Assembly: GCA_965655095.1 (NCBI GenBank)
Contig: OZ296650.1
Span: 28,148,001-28,212,000, forward strand
Length of the DNA stretch: 64,000 nucleotides
Reading direction: 5' to 3'
DNA from: Haplodiscus bocki
Taxonomy: Eukaryota
The notes beneath the pieces are model-generated. The model was not told the origin of the DNA. It searched no databases and worked only from the letters and a program-made list of their open reading frames with translations. Below are positions 1-13,559 of this stretch, piece after piece; positions within the stretch are counted from its first letter, which is position 1, and each line of letters starts with the position of its first letter. A program made the translations under genes and the position numbers.

Positions 1-699
1 TCATAGAGGCGAAAATCCGCGATCGAAAGTTAGCTCCTTCAGCAGACTGCCAAACACGAAAAAAAAACATTGCAGAACTTCATATTTCTGTTAAATGTGC
101 TAAAAAAGGTAACTCCCAGTTGATACACCATAAACAACTGGCTAGAAAGCTTATTTAAATGCGCAAATTCCAAGAAGCTGCAATGTTAGCTGTTTATTTA
201 AAAAACAATCAGCGAAAAATCAAAATGTTTAGAATAACCTTAAGAAACTACAATTCCATATCGAACCAGTATGGAAAGGTATAAAAGGATACGAATTGAA
301 GGTCAAATAGACGAAAACAACTGAAAAAAAAATTATATTCTTTATAGTGAATGTCAAAAACAAAAGATTTTTGCAGAAATTCCACATTTACGTGGAGTTT
401 ACTAGAAATTAATACTATCGCTTATTTACTAAAAATTAAAATGCTGAAACTGAAAGAGGCCTTTTAGCTGATTAAAAGCAGTCAGCTGAATAAATTAATG
501 AAAATCACATTTAGCTACATTTCAGAACGGTGCATACATAAGTCTGAAAAAAGGATGTCCCAATATCGGATACCTTCGGTTTTGAGATTGAGGAAAAACC
601 GGGAGAACAGCGTCCATTTCATCAAGTATGACTGACACCAACTTAACAAGGATAACAGCTTCAAACTGTTTGATTGGTAGAGTTTTAGGAGGTAGTACT

Positions 700-1300
700 C
701 ATCAGGAGCGATTAGCAAAAAATAATAACTAACAAAATGCGTGTCCCGACCAATAAGTCCCAGATGTGTTTCACTCTCGTAAAGGCAGGCATTTCAGTCC
801 CAATTATTTAGTCCTAATCAAAACATAAATGATAGTTGATGCATCCCCCAAATGGCAGTACGCTGTGTTTCCGTGAGCTTCAACTAAAAATGAATTCATA
901 CTGGTTCTAATTAAGTTGAAAAGCAAGTATAGCAGACATCTTCTGTAATTAAACAGGAGGATTATTATCCCACTAAAAAAGGAAATCAACGACTAGTGGG
1001 CTTCACTCAGGGCTCAAGTGCTACTCGGAATTTTCATTGAACAACTTCTTAACGAGGAATACTCGTACATCGAACACCAAACCCTGAAGCAAGGAGCTAC
1101 TTTTTGTCCCTGATTTGCATCCAATTGTTCCATCATAAGCCCACCACATTCGCTCCTTCCAGACGTGCTGATTTAGAAAAACTCAAATTCCATGGTCAAT
1201 ATTAAAAAGCAGCAATCACAAAAGCCCCACCACCTCAAACTATTCTACAACTACAGCAAAAGGTCCAAAGCGAAGCATAAAACGCCACGCCTAAACATAC
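700..1300 (+). mobile_element. highly decayed LINE reverse-transcriptase remnant
   Basis: Only faint, frameshifted resemblance to RT and post-RT segments; no intact motif. Confidence 0.25.
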
Positions 1301-2739
1301 ATCTAACCAGAAAAGCGTTAACAGATGTCATGAGAAAACGAGACCACGAATGAAAGAGCAGGAGAATGTCAGCGAGATCCAGTTTGCCAGCTCCTTAATT
1401 CAAACAATACGGAGAGCAGTTTGTTCTCTGTGACTGAGATTATGATGACAAACGTCCAACTTCGATGCTCACCACATTACTGGCCTAGGAATTGCTGCAA
1501 GAAGCAGAGGACTGGTTTCTGCGATGGTACTATTTCGACACACCTTCAAAGTTTTCGGCTTTTGTAAGACTCAAGCTATAGTTGATGTTAGCATGCTGCC
1601 GCTTGCTCGCACTCTCTTGCCCAACAAAAAGGAAAACACAATCTCCAAGTCTTCAAATCATTTCCTTTTCAAAATGGGTCACAGCAATTGATGTAATGAC
1701 CAATCAGTTGGAAAAGAAGTGACAACACATTTCCGGATTTGATGAAAACACTATTGTGCATCGGATTTGTTTCAGTGAATCGGGTGGTTTGTGGTAGCTT
1801 TGGAAGAATTAGAGGGCCAGCTACTGGCTGACCATCACATGAGATCTTCAACTACTTCGAAGATCTTTAACTACTTCGAAGATGATAGTGGAAGACCCAG
1901 AAAATTTCGGCCAACATCCTCGGTCCGATATCTTAAACGGCGATTGCCAAGAAAGGACAGAAAACAGTGCCCAGAAGAAACAAGGCAGTAAAAGAATGGA
2001 ATAAAACTTCCCAATTGGTGCATGTTGAACACCCGAGCATTTCCAATCTAGTTCGAAAAATTTAGGACGCGCAGAAAATGCGAAAACTCTTGCCGAAAGG
2101 ACGTGCTTGGCCAAATTGTCAAAGAGGCGAAGCGACCCAACTAGATAACAATGTGTTTGACTTTGCATTTCCACCACAAAAAAAAACACTCTCCAATTCT
2201 AGCGTGCTTGTATTTACAATGTCGAAACTTGACAATCAAGTTGCCAATAATTCATTTCGCTGTCCAAACATTCCAGAAACTCAACTTTCTCAAAAGTTAC
2301 AGCATTTGTGAGCCCAGATAATGGTTGAATCAGCGAAAATTTTACGGTTTTTCCGCCTACTCCTTTCCGGTTATTCAGTGCACGCGAAAAAGGAATTTTT
2401 AGAAGAACCCGAAATCATGTTTCAAAATAGAGGAAAACCTCTATTTCGCTGGGATCGAATCCAACCGAAACACTACAGAGAATTGCAGTGCACTAAATTG
2501 CTGAAATAACTAAAATTCATCGTTATCTGTTCTAATATCTTGAGTAAACAAAAACTGATTGAAAGTTGATGCAAGGAAAAGGAGCGGTATCAATTTCCAA
2601 AGCGGTCAAAAGTTGTTTTCAACTGTTCAGTAAACTTTCCTGAACTTCATTTGAGCAAAAAAAAATGATAAACTCGATAAATTTTTTTTGAATTACATAA
2701 TCAAAAGCAGTTGAAACTATTGAAAGCTGTGACAGTCGA

Positions 2740-3830
2740 TGGTTTCATTGTTTTGGGACTAGAATTTCTAAGAACGAAATGTCTGCATTTCGGAGACTGA
2801 GACTATAGGCACTGACATGTCCCGTCACCAGTCTAGAAGGATTTAGGCACCAATGTCAGACCGCCAAGAATGGACACAGTCGCCACAGCCAATCACGCTC
2901 AAAATCCTTGATCGATTTCATTTCTGAAAAAGGTGAAGTGTCGAAAAAAGCCGGTACAAAAAACCAGAATTTCAGTACTTTCTGCAATTGCTTCTTGAAA
3001 AAATATTGATTCCAAAAAAATTCGGCTTCAGAACACTTCTATTACATGCAAGCAAGAAAATATATCGGGTTCATATTGAAAATGGTTGGTTTCAAACTTT
3101 TCGGTAACTCCTTTTCGAGCATGTTATTTCCAGCAGTCCTGTAGCAATGTTGCATTGATCGACAGGATTTCTGGACTCGAGGTGAATATGGAAAGCTGGA
3201 GACAAGCTCTGGCTCAAAGCGAAGAAGCTAAACCGGGTACCTCGCGACAGCGACAGACGCACACCCAATGGAAATACAGGACAAAGAAATGAAAACAAAA
3301 AGTCACCACCTCAAATACTTTGGATCATTGTTCGACACTACGGAATCCCCCCACCATGGGTTCAAAGCAGATGGAAAAACAAAGAATTGCTTAGAGTGAT
3401 TCGCAACCGAAAAATACCTCTCAAGTAGAAGAGCAGGGTTTACACAACAATCGTTGCAAAGCTGTGCGAAGCTGAATGCTGGGTTCCAACCCTCCCTTGC
3501 ATAAGCATGAGATTACAGAAATGAAAATGCTTCGCTGGGTGCAAGGAAACGCCAAAAGGGACGAGGAAAACAGACACAAGCTGAGACTCTACAACATTGA
3601 GAAATGTGCAAAGAGCTTCGGCTAAGGTGGTACGGACATGTAAAGACGACAAAAGGACCAGGTTTGCTGCACGCCTCCCCTTAACGAACATCGAAGTAAA
3701 CCGTCGGTGAGGAAGGACCCCTCAAACTACATGGAGCTAAGTCGTAGCCGATGACCTGAAAAAACAGAAGCTTTCCATCACACTAGCTCAAAATGCAGCG
3801 ATTGGAAAAAAACTCAGTCGATCCAAATGA
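2740..3830 (+). mobile_element. RTE-clade LINE 3' portion (RT C-terminus), degenerate
   Basis: Motifs in RTE order: VALID..LEVNMESWRQAL (~3150-3210), FKYLGS-like (~3310), EMKMLRWVQG (~3520), RLRWYGHV (~3620), R.GR.PQTTW..VVADDL (~3705-3760). Confidence 0.8.
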
Positions 3831-4276
3831 AATAGGACGGCCGGTATGGTGAGTCTTTTGCATAGTTTATGGTTCATGCAAGGGGGTAGGTACCAAAACA
3901 AAAAAACGATGCACGGGATACACCAAATAAATATGCAAACACTGAAAAGGTGTACTTGCACCCGGGTTTCAAAATTCTAAAGCCACGAAAACTGAAATAA
4001 ATTGATGTTTGTAAGAGTATTTTATTGGTATGATAATGTGTTACTTGAAGGTAATAAGTCTAAGATGATTTTATCAGACAAAAAATTTTGAAGCTTTTAG
4101 TGAAAAGGTGGCAAAAAATGTGGCGTAGAATTAGTTAGCGTGGCACACAATGTATGTGGGATTGAAAGATGCCAAATTTTTCAGGGATGTAAAGGGAGAA
4201 CAAAGTGTGAAAAGGTTTCAAAATCATCGTAGAATTTGATAAATTACTGTACTTTGAGTTTACATCATCCCGCAAG

Positions 4277-5465
4277 CGATGTTTTAGAAAAATGAGAAAG
4301 AGAATGAAGATGTATATCAAAACTTATCTTCACTACACAAAACACGATGTCTTATTCCTATACGATTGATAGGTCAAATCGGTTTTAAATCAACCATTCA
4401 TAAAACCTAATGGTAATTGAATTAAATATAATATGGTCACATGTGTCCATCTGCATTCGATTTTTGTCGCTTTCATTCGTTTATATTGGATTTGAAGACT
4501 TTTTTTGCTCATAGTTTTGTTTTCACACTGATGACATCGGTCACCATCAGCTACACACGATTCACACTGCTTATTGTCTCATGGATGATAACACTAGGAT
4601 TAAATGACTTCTTCCCTGGTAGAGGGAAGATTCCCACCACAGTTTTGCAGTCTTTCCAGTCAAAAACTGGAATCTAAATCTAACTCTACCTAAATCTGCA
4701 ATACCCTTGAAAGTATTTTCTTTAAATGTGCCATTTATTAGTTTCATTTTTGGTGCCAAAAGCAGACCATAAAATATTCCACCGACACCACAGTCATTTT
4801 ATCCAGGTCTCAACTGCTGACACACCAGGCCTTCACCCAATAGTTTAGGGGAAATTCTTATTATAATGAATTTGTTCATATTAGGTTCGCTAAATGAAAG
4901 GATGAAGGAACGTAAATGCTAAGACAAGCAAAACTTGACGGATTGAACTTTCTCAGATCCAGGATCTTTTTTAATTTTGAAAAAAAATCCTCCTGGGGCA
5001 GAGGCCAGTAGTTTTGTACTCTGTCATCGCTGTCTCTTTCAAGCCACGCTTCATTTTTGATCACATATTTTTCATCAAAATCATTTCTAATTGAATGGCC
5101 ATATAATCTTTTCCTGATCAACTCAAGAAATTCTTGCGTTAATTCATTTTTCTCTTAAATATATTTGAATCCCAAAGCAAAAAGTTTCGACTAGTCTTTG
5201 GAGGAACTTACTTCCGAATTTTCTTTATAAATAACACATTCATAAAAACTCAAAACATGACCTCCAATTTCAAACATTTCCCAAATAACAACACTATTTA
5301 TTACATATGTAATGTAATAAAGATTCATACAAATGCGATATGAAATTGGGTAAATTATAACCGATTTGTCTTATCAATCGTATCGGAGACAGCATGTTAT
5401 GTGTAGTGAAGAGTGGATTGAAAATGGATATACACTCTCTCAGTTTCCATCAACATATACAACGA
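4277..5465. mobile_element. long-TIR (foldback-type) DNA transposon remnant
   Basis: 4327-4400 (tcttcactacac...atacgattgataggtcaaatcggtt) is the reverse complement of 5341-5412; weaker similarity extends outward; broken internal ORFs on the minus strand. Confidence 0.6.
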
Positions 5466-7291
5466 CTCACCCCAATTTTGTCCAAATGCCGGAGAAGTAT
5501 AGCAAGAGTGACGACCGGAGGGAGGAACGGTGAGCGAACGAGCGAGCGGGGATAAGTGCAAAATTATTACCAACGAAAAATAAAAGGCCATTCGACACCC
5601 GGAAAAACGACTTCTATCGACGAACGGAGAGAGGAAAAGAAGGAGTCGAGTACGTAGTCGAGGTGTACTTTAATTTTTTCAGTGGGTAAATTCGCACTTA
5701 TCGATACTTCTCTCGAGGCCAATCCGTATTTGGTCAAAACAAAATGAGTCATTTTGCGCCCTGTTGCTAACTGGTAGGGAGCAGAGTCGACCTCATGTCA
5801 AAAAGCACCTGTACGCTAGTGCGTCATCAATGCCCGTGAAAAGAGTTGCTAATAGCTTCAAATGATTTAAAGATAGAAGTCACATAAAGGTTATGCTTGA
5901 AGAGTATTTTTGTTCAATAAACTCGTGCCTGCTTGGATGTCCCCAAATCCAAAAAAAATATGAGGTGGAAAAGAAATAAACTAGATAGCCAAGTCGGATG
6001 AGAAAACGAAAGCAGAAAAGACTGGGGAACTGCTGAGACAAATGATACTCATTGCCATGACTACAACTGAGTCATTACCGACTGATTTTCAACATTCCCG
6101 TCCCGACCCATCGAGAACCCGACGAACTACATTACTTCGCGTTTGAGGTAAGCACAAAACATCAGCCAACGTTTCAATGGTCCTAGAAAATATCAGTCTA
6201 CACCAGTCCCAACGGAAATTAGAAGGATGTTGGTAGTTTCCAAAGCATCAGTTTAGACTATATAGTCAACAATTGATTTGAAGAAATATGGGGCTCAGTG
6301 TCGAAGTGGTTATTGATCGAGCACCCTTTGAAACACGTAAGATCTGTTGGAATGGCAAAATTTCGGACATCTGATGCTATTTTTCTATTGCCAGGTTATG
6401 TACTTGAGAAAGTTTAGTTCTTCAATTAGGAATAGGCACAGTTCTTGTTTTTCTTCTGATGTCTTCGTCAGAGGTTTCAATCGATTTCGTCGATGGCCTA
6501 TGTTTTATTTGGGGTTATATAATTGAGAAAAATGCAGTTGATCAGCTATTTAATTGGAGATTCTGAGCATAAAAATGACTAATTTATTCACTGTCTCCTC
6601 CCACCTCCGGGTACTCTCATAAGGAAGTTTCCACTTGTTTTTACGCAAAACCAGAATTCACGGTTTCACCAAATTTGTTGGTTAATTAACACACATGGTC
6701 AAAATAAATAGATGTTAAATATTCCAATTATTCGAATTTCTTGCTCCGATCAAACTTGTTCCAAACCTCTGAAGTTGTCATCTGAACCATTGAATTGAAG
6801 AATCTCTTTTAAGCCAAGTAACGTGGAAGTTACACCGTCGCACTCGCAAATATAACACAGAGGTGAAACGAAATAAAAGCCCACCTCAGCTAGGCCAGAG
6901 AGATACCATATGAGCAAAATAAATTTCACGGTTCAAAAAAGACCTTTCAGTGTGGGTCTGTGGTCTGGAGAAAAAAGTCGTTGTATGTATGTTTGAAAAA
7001 AGTCGGGTTTTTTATTTTTGCTAGAAGCGTCGACTAAAAAAGAAGCCAGTATTTCACCTATAACATTTTGGACATTAAAAACAAGTTGACTCCGGCTTCA
7101 TACATAAAGTACCTATCATTATGTAGAATATCAGAAGCATTAAAAAATCCTAAGGTCATATTGCTATTTAATGAGGTTTCAATGTTTTGAGGTCTGAACC
7201 TTTCCGATGCAAGAAATAGCCACCCTACGAATAAAGGGCAACAACACTTGAGGCCGTAATGTTATTGCGGTCAAGTAAATCTGAAACTTAC

Positions 7292-7600
7292 GGTTTATAC
7301 AACTCTTCCTCACGAGAAGCCCTATCTGCCATTGCTGACAACGCTCGCTTCTGCTCTCGTTTCATTAGGTCATAGTCCATTAATTCTTGAGTCCTTTGTC
7401 GGGATTCGTAAACGGATGGAATTCTCCGAGAACCAGGCCCCAATGACCTTTGCGAACTACCGTACTCGGCCAGAGGCAGGCGTTCATTTCTGGCATTCAT
7501 CGTTTTCGCCATCCGGCTTCGGCCCATCACTGAATTGTAAGCATTCCCAGAAAAATTGCGATCAAGATTATCTAAGATCGACAACGAACTCATGGTACAC
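7292..7600 (-). CDS. probable host coding exon, protein of unknown function (MSSLSILDNLDRNF...EEELYKP)
   Basis: Pyrimidine-rich acceptor tttcttttag at 7601, ACC-ATG at 7593, 100 uninterrupted codons in a region where everything else is frameshifted, canonical donor GTAAGT at 7291 (phase 2). Confidence 0.65.
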
Positions 7601-8099
7601 CTAAAAGAAATTAATTTACTTTCGAGAGCTGATCCAATTTCCAGAAACTATCACTTGAACAGTGTCAATACATTTGCCGTTTAATTTTTTCCAGCAGGTT
7701 AACCTTTGAAAACCTAGCCCAATAATCTTTACTCTTTAATAAACTACCCAGCAAAAAGGGAAAAAATGTGGAATACGTAGGTCAATTATTCATCACAGAG
7801 AGCAGAATTCTCTCAACCGGCCGAGCCGTAAGCCTCAAAAAGATTCATACGAAGTTATTGGGAATAGAACAGAATATTTTAATTCAAATCCGATATAAAA
7901 CAGATTGATACATAGAGAAAAACGGATTGAAAAGTGGCAGCACCATCAATATTTTACGCCATAATTATTATAAGGAAGCAAAATCTTTCTACAAGACATA
8001 GTTCTTATGCTAACTGAAAAAAGTATAAGGCAATCTCTAACAGGTCTAAACCCTAACCATGAAGGAACTAGGAAAATATACTACCCTTCATTCGAAAAT

Positions 8100-10200
8100 G
8101 GCATATAGGAAACATCTTCCCTAAGTATGACATCTAAATTTACTGAAGTTATGTGCTCTTTCAGTACAAGACGAAACATTTTAAGGGAGCAACCCACTCC
8201 ACATTAGGTGATTTAACGGTTGAGCGCCACGTCTACTGAGAGACGTATTGAGCAAAAGACTACCTTTCTTAGGATTATCAATTTCCCCTATGTCCACGAT
8301 CCCTCTTTGATGTCAAGAAGGTTCTCACCAAGTGAACAGTCCGTTGAGGCACTAGGAGTGTGATTTTCTCTGCAAATTGAAGGTTAGTTTGACGAGCTGT
8401 AATCTATGAAAATCGGAAAAAGTCAGGACTTTGTGTCACACGAACATTGCTTTCGATGGAAAAACTCATACATTTGAATTGGAATCAACCTATTTTGAGA
8501 GTATGTTTTTATTTTCGAAAACTACTCCGTTTTCCTGGTAAATGGCAAAAACCTTTTTTCAATTTAACAGGCTGGAATATCTTCCAGCACGTCGTTCCTC
8601 CTACTTCCACATTCATCAAGACAGACGAACAACAGCAAGGTCTTCCAATTCTTTTTTGTTGGAAATTTTTGTTGAGTGATTCACGTACAGAAAAGGGAAA
8701 AATGGACCCAGCATCGAGCCCCATGAAACACTGAATTTCAATTCTGCAATTCCCAGATGTGATCCCTCAACTGCAACAATTTGCCTTCTGCTACATATAT
8801 TTGATTTTATCCATTTATTTGCTACACCCATGGATCCATGAAAAGCAAGCTGTCTCAGGATTTTGGATAATATAGGGTATCGAACCCTTTTTACCAATCC
8901 CAAAGGCGGTGACATATAACGCAACTTGAACAATTTCTGACTCTTGCAATACCCTCACTCATGCGATCAGTTTCAACAAGAACGCGCTCGCAATCCAAAC
9001 TGTTATTCCAATCTCCTTTAAGCGAATCCGAAAACTTGAAAAATCGATTGTAGAAGGCATTTTCCAAGCTTTTACTCAACGTTAGCAGGGCCGACTTTGT
9101 CTGAAAGTTGTTTAAAAGAGAAGGACTGGGTCACCAGATAAGCCAGAGACTCTAATATTACCGCTACTCTGATTCAGAGAAAGTGGGCAAAACTCGACGG
9201 AAGTCCTGCAGCTTTCGTATAAAACAGTTTCATCTTTATAACAAAATTACACAAATCATCCGCTGAAAAAATGAACTTCATTGACCAAACGATTTTTTTG
9301 ACAGGAAAACCTTCGTGTCCCACTTTTATTTCAGGTATTTGATTACGAATGATTACGTCATGTTTTAGCAAGTTCAGCATTGAAAAAGTTTGCATCAACA
9401 AAATCAGTTTTTATCGAGTCGACAGTTTGATTTGTCCGCAGGGAGTTGGCTCCTTCCATTGCTCGTCCTGGAATTGAGAAAACTCTTTCAAAAGGGGCAA
9501 GGCTTTAGCCATCAGTTTAATTTTCCACAGAAAGAATCGAGTTTACTAACTGTGCAATATATCACCGCTTTATGCCTATCTAACCGATATCGTGATAGAT
9601 TTGTTGCCGTGAGTGGAACTCCAGAAAACAGATAAACCAGGTTATCTATAACTTTGAAATTCAGACAAGTTTGATCAAGCCAATAAAGTTCCTTCCGTTT
9701 GCTAGTCCAAAGCCTGCTGAAAAGGGACATATAACCTAGTCTACAAAAAAACTGTGGCAGGAATCAGACTGCGGGCAATTGAAGCAATGTTCTCTTTCAA
9801 CACCAATGTTCTTGGAAAAAAAAGAACCTCAAAGGTAATGGTCATCTCCCTCTCTTTCTTGTCCACGCATCATTGATCAGTTCTCTACCTCAGGTCAGCG
9901 GAAAATCTTACTACACCATTAACTAAAAGTTCACTTCCTAGTTTGTGGATCTTCTGTAACGTCTCTTTGGATATGCCGTCTGAATCCTTTGGAAAAGTTT
10001 TATTGAGGCTCCAAATGGATTCGTTCTGACGTTGTTTTTGTTTCGGCCCTCAGCATCTACTATTTTTCCGACTTCCGTGGCTTCAAATGCCAAGACACGA
10101 TCTACTTACACTGTTGAAACTACAAAATGGACTTTTCGATGTGCAACATATTTTTTTCTGTCTAGGAGTACGTTGAAAACAACGTCACCTTCTCAGAGTC
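8100..10200 (-). mobile_element. BEL/Pao-like LTR retrotransposon remnant (RNase H/integrase region)
   Basis: Frameshifted FSV.GLD..GPF and LLLFVCL (~8730-8610) resemble the BEL integrase motifs GLDYxGP and LFTCL; IRNQIPEI...W (~9350) resembles FVxNRVxEI. Confidence 0.5.
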
Positions 10201-10214
10201 TTGTAAAGTTCTGA

Positions 10215-10550
10215 AAAAAGACAATTTTTGCTCAGAAAGCATTTTTTTGTGGGATGTATACGAACTGAAAATGATCATATTTGTCATAACTTACTTGGTT
10301 TCAATCTATTGTTTCCAAATTGCCAGTCAAGACGACGACCTTATCTACTTTCACGAACCGTTCATTTGGAGAACAATCACTCCCATTCTTGCTATAAAAC
10401 GTGTCAATGTATGTTTTTTGTCGAACAGGTTTTATGTTTTGTTTATCATAAAGTTTATGTCACTGTTAATCCACCTATTTGGAATTAGATTTCCCAATCC
10501 TACAAAAACAACACGAGCAACAACAGCAACTACTACTATTGCTACTACTT
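10215..10550 (+). mobile_element. LINE 3' end fragment with simple-repeat tail
   Basis: SRTVHL(W)NN.. resembles the LINE C-terminal R....WN.LP motif; ends in an acaacagcaactactactattgctactact tail. Confidence 0.4.
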
Positions 10551-10559
10551 ATCTGCCAG

Positions 10560-13100
10560 ATACTTCAAGAAATCTGATTTCCCTGGTTTTATTTGGTTAC
10601 ATTTGTTACACTTTGCTAGTGATGATTCTTCGTTCTGGTTGAAAAAACTCCCTTTCTTGGTTTTCTCACACCCTCCGTCTGAAAATATCTCCCAACGGTA
10701 GCTGCCTGTGAACAATCCCAGTTTTGCTTTACTAACCTTTAAGAAAACATCGCCAGAAAAATGCGAAATATATTACTGAGCACTATCCAGTCCAAAAAAG
10801 AGTAAATATTCTTCCGGAACTGCTCCACCACATATGCAGTTAGCAAAGTGTCCGTTGTTAAGTAAAGGTTCAGGTAATTGGCGGGTTTTGGCATCCAAAG
10901 ATGGGGAAGACTTATGTTGCATGTTGGAAATCCCGTGTAGTAAAAGACACCTGACCATCCTGGAGAGAGTTCGTCCTTTCTTTCACACCATGCGGTGTTT
11001 TCTCCCGAAAATGCCCAGATGAATTAGAAACAGCAGAGGTAAGGTCTTTTTTGATGTAGTAGTTGCAAAACGTCGAAACAAGGTAGTGAAAGTGGTTTTC
11101 CTCTAAATTGAAGTTCGCCGCAAAAAAGCAACCGACAAGTTTATCCTCACTTGAAACTATAAGTTTATAGGATTTCACGAGACGTAAGAAGATATAAACA
11201 TGTTTTCAATCCCTAAGAAGTCCATATAAGACGCAACTTTAATACCAATTGATAACGAAATTTATTTTTAGTAGATTTTACTAATGGCTTGAATTCTACT
11301 TTTTACCGGAAAAGGTGTTAGTTTTACCGAAAATTATGTACAATGTTATTCAAAAGAATTTGACGGAATAACCAAAGATAATTCACCTGTCGCCTTTTTA
11401 AGTTGCATTTCTGATGTGTGCGAAAACCAAGCACTTTCCGCTAACTTGATAGTGATCTAAAAGCCCAACGCTTTCAGCTAAACCTCTTTCTCGAGTCTAG
11501 CACTGGTTAAAAGTAGAGATTTTGTGTGGTTTCGATGTAACTGCTTCAGTTCATAATTGACCGGTGCACTTTTTTGTAAGCGTTTGACAAAACTTTGAAC
11601 ACACTATGACGACCTTTCCAATTTAAGAAGGACAGGCTCTTTGATGGTGCGCTCAATAAAAACCGAGGAAGACTCTTAAGATTCATGTCCTTCCATAAAC
11701 TCGTTTGAGCTTCTATGAGAAGTGTTGGAGCGTTTCATTGCCGGTTTATTGAGTGCTTGAAAAAAAAATTACGCAGCATAAAGTGCAAACAGTCTCGACA
11801 GGCAGTTTTGAAACTGGAAACTGCTTCACGCTTCCCGTGGTTGTTTCATATTAGCTGCTTTTTTTGCATGCAAGTTTGAAAAACTTTTGTAAAAACCGGC
11901 CGCTTGAGAAACATGGAAACAGTCATGACATGTTTTTCTACTGGATCAAGGAATATATTGTTTAAAACTGCTGCGTAAAAGTCTTTTTTCAATACTTAAC
12001 GCTAAAATTGACCAACGCTGAAAAGAACGTCTTTTTTGAAAACTAAGTCCTGTGAATTTGATATTCGCTGTAGAATGAGGTTTTTCTTCTAGGTACTTGA
12101 ATACATTGACTTGAACTCTGCTGAGCTCTTGGAACATTGGAAAAAAGTTGAAAGCCATCGCCATTTGGGAATCGGAACCTGGTTGACGTGTCAATGGATC
12201 AAAGGGACGATTTATATATGAGTTTTTTCTCATTCGCCAACCGACGTTTTCATAAAGCAAAAACGACTGTGCCACGTAGAAATAGAGGAAGCAAAAGTTA
12301 TTTCTCCGACTCTATATGGAACAGGCAATTCATACCCTGGAGGTCACTTGGAACTGCAAGGTAGTATGAACCTCCTTTCGGAATGTAATTGTCTAGAATA
12401 ACGTAAACACAAAAGAAGTCCTTCAGCATCCGCCTACTTCTTTGGGAAGTAAAAATGAGCTGACGTGATAATATGTGATCGAACAAGGTGAAAAATGCTC
12501 GCACTGTGAGTCTCTCAGCCAAGTAAACTGTCTCCACTTTGCTTTTGACGTAAAACGTAGGATCAGTGGCGTCTTCATTTTCTGAGGCCAGTTTGTACAA
12601 TTCGAATATTCGGGAAGGTTTCACTTTTTTCGGATTTACTGGGACAGGTTCGTTTATAATCTAATCATTAATTTATTTTCGGTTTTCTATGAATTGTAGG
12701 AACTCATGATCGCTGTCTGCTTCTAAAAATTACAACTGCGCTATACCATATACCACCGAAAGCAGAATAATGGGGTTACTTTTGATGCTGATTTCAGATT
12801 CGTGTATTTGGCGACAACAAATAAACATATTTTAAGTGCTATTGGAAAATTTTTGTATCGGAGAAGGGACTATTGCAATGAACGGAGGGCTGCTGTTTCG
12901 CTGTATTATGTTTAACTTAACGTGGGTCTCAATATTACCAGAGTGCCCGATTGGAATATGTTTTCCATACAGTTTGTCATTTCTGACTTCGACGTTTCTT
13001 TGTTATCAAGGTTGCGGAGTTGCTTGGTTTAACTCTTGCTTGTTAGAAAATGTTTTGCTGCAAATGTTACAGTTATCTTTTTTTCCGGTGCTGAGTTTAT
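10560..13100 (-). pseudogene. Polinton protein-primed DNA polymerase B, N-terminal ~850 codons
   Basis: C2H2-like CNICSKTF (~13050); NYIPKGGSY..VPSDLQ..CL (~12380); VQVNVFKY; DHYQVSGK.LG.AH.KCNLKRR (~11450, DHCH/EndoVII-like); SYKL.SS.DKLV; NSLQDGQVS; TTDTLL...VEQFRK..GLDSA; cut at ~10560 near motif A. Confidence 0.85.
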
Positions 13101-13559
13101 TGAACTGAATTTGAAAACTTAAGAAAAAATGCTTTCCCCGTTTTTCCCTGGTCGCTAAATTACTGACACATGCTACAAGCTTAATGTAGGTCAACTAAAG
13201 AAATGCGTAATTTTTGAAGAAGTTCCGAGTGTTTATGACACTGACTTTCGTCTTTCTTTAGATATATCTATCTTCCGTTCTCTTTGTTCTAAAACCTTTT
13301 GCTGATAGCTTTTTTATCTGATAACCACTTTTACTAATTGTGAACTCAAATTTGACTATTTTAATATGAGTGTTTTCTTTGAAGTTTCTTTTCTGATTTA
13401 ATGGCCACCCGTTTTTTGTAAAAAATGTCAATGCTTTCAATGTTTCGTTTCGGCGAGGAAATTTAGACTAAAAGCTTTCACACCAACTTTCCTCAAACTG
13501 GAACTTGTTCCAGCTGAGGTGTTTACATTAATACAAACAAGAAAAATGTGACGAATAGC

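Noticed and set aside
4331-5408. CACTA/EnSpm termini (CACTA...TAGTG)
   Set aside because: The inverted similarity continues outside these motifs and there is no direct TSD.
5471-5591. Signal-peptide-like ORF start (MAFYFSLVIILHLSPLARS) with a GTGAGT donor at 5470 on the minus strand
   Set aside because: It abuts the inverted-repeat arm and overlaps gagcgaacgagcgag motifs typical of non-autonomous transposons; no supporting next exon was found.
6000-6153. Possible + strand exon ending at GAG|GTAAGC (~6147)
   Set aside because: No clear acceptor, start codon or recognisable peptide.
10773-11178. BEL reverse-transcriptase start (PHGV motif)
   Set aside because: Flanking blocks (SYKL.SS.DKLV, NSLQDG, VEQFRK, GLDSA) fit Polinton pPolB continuously.
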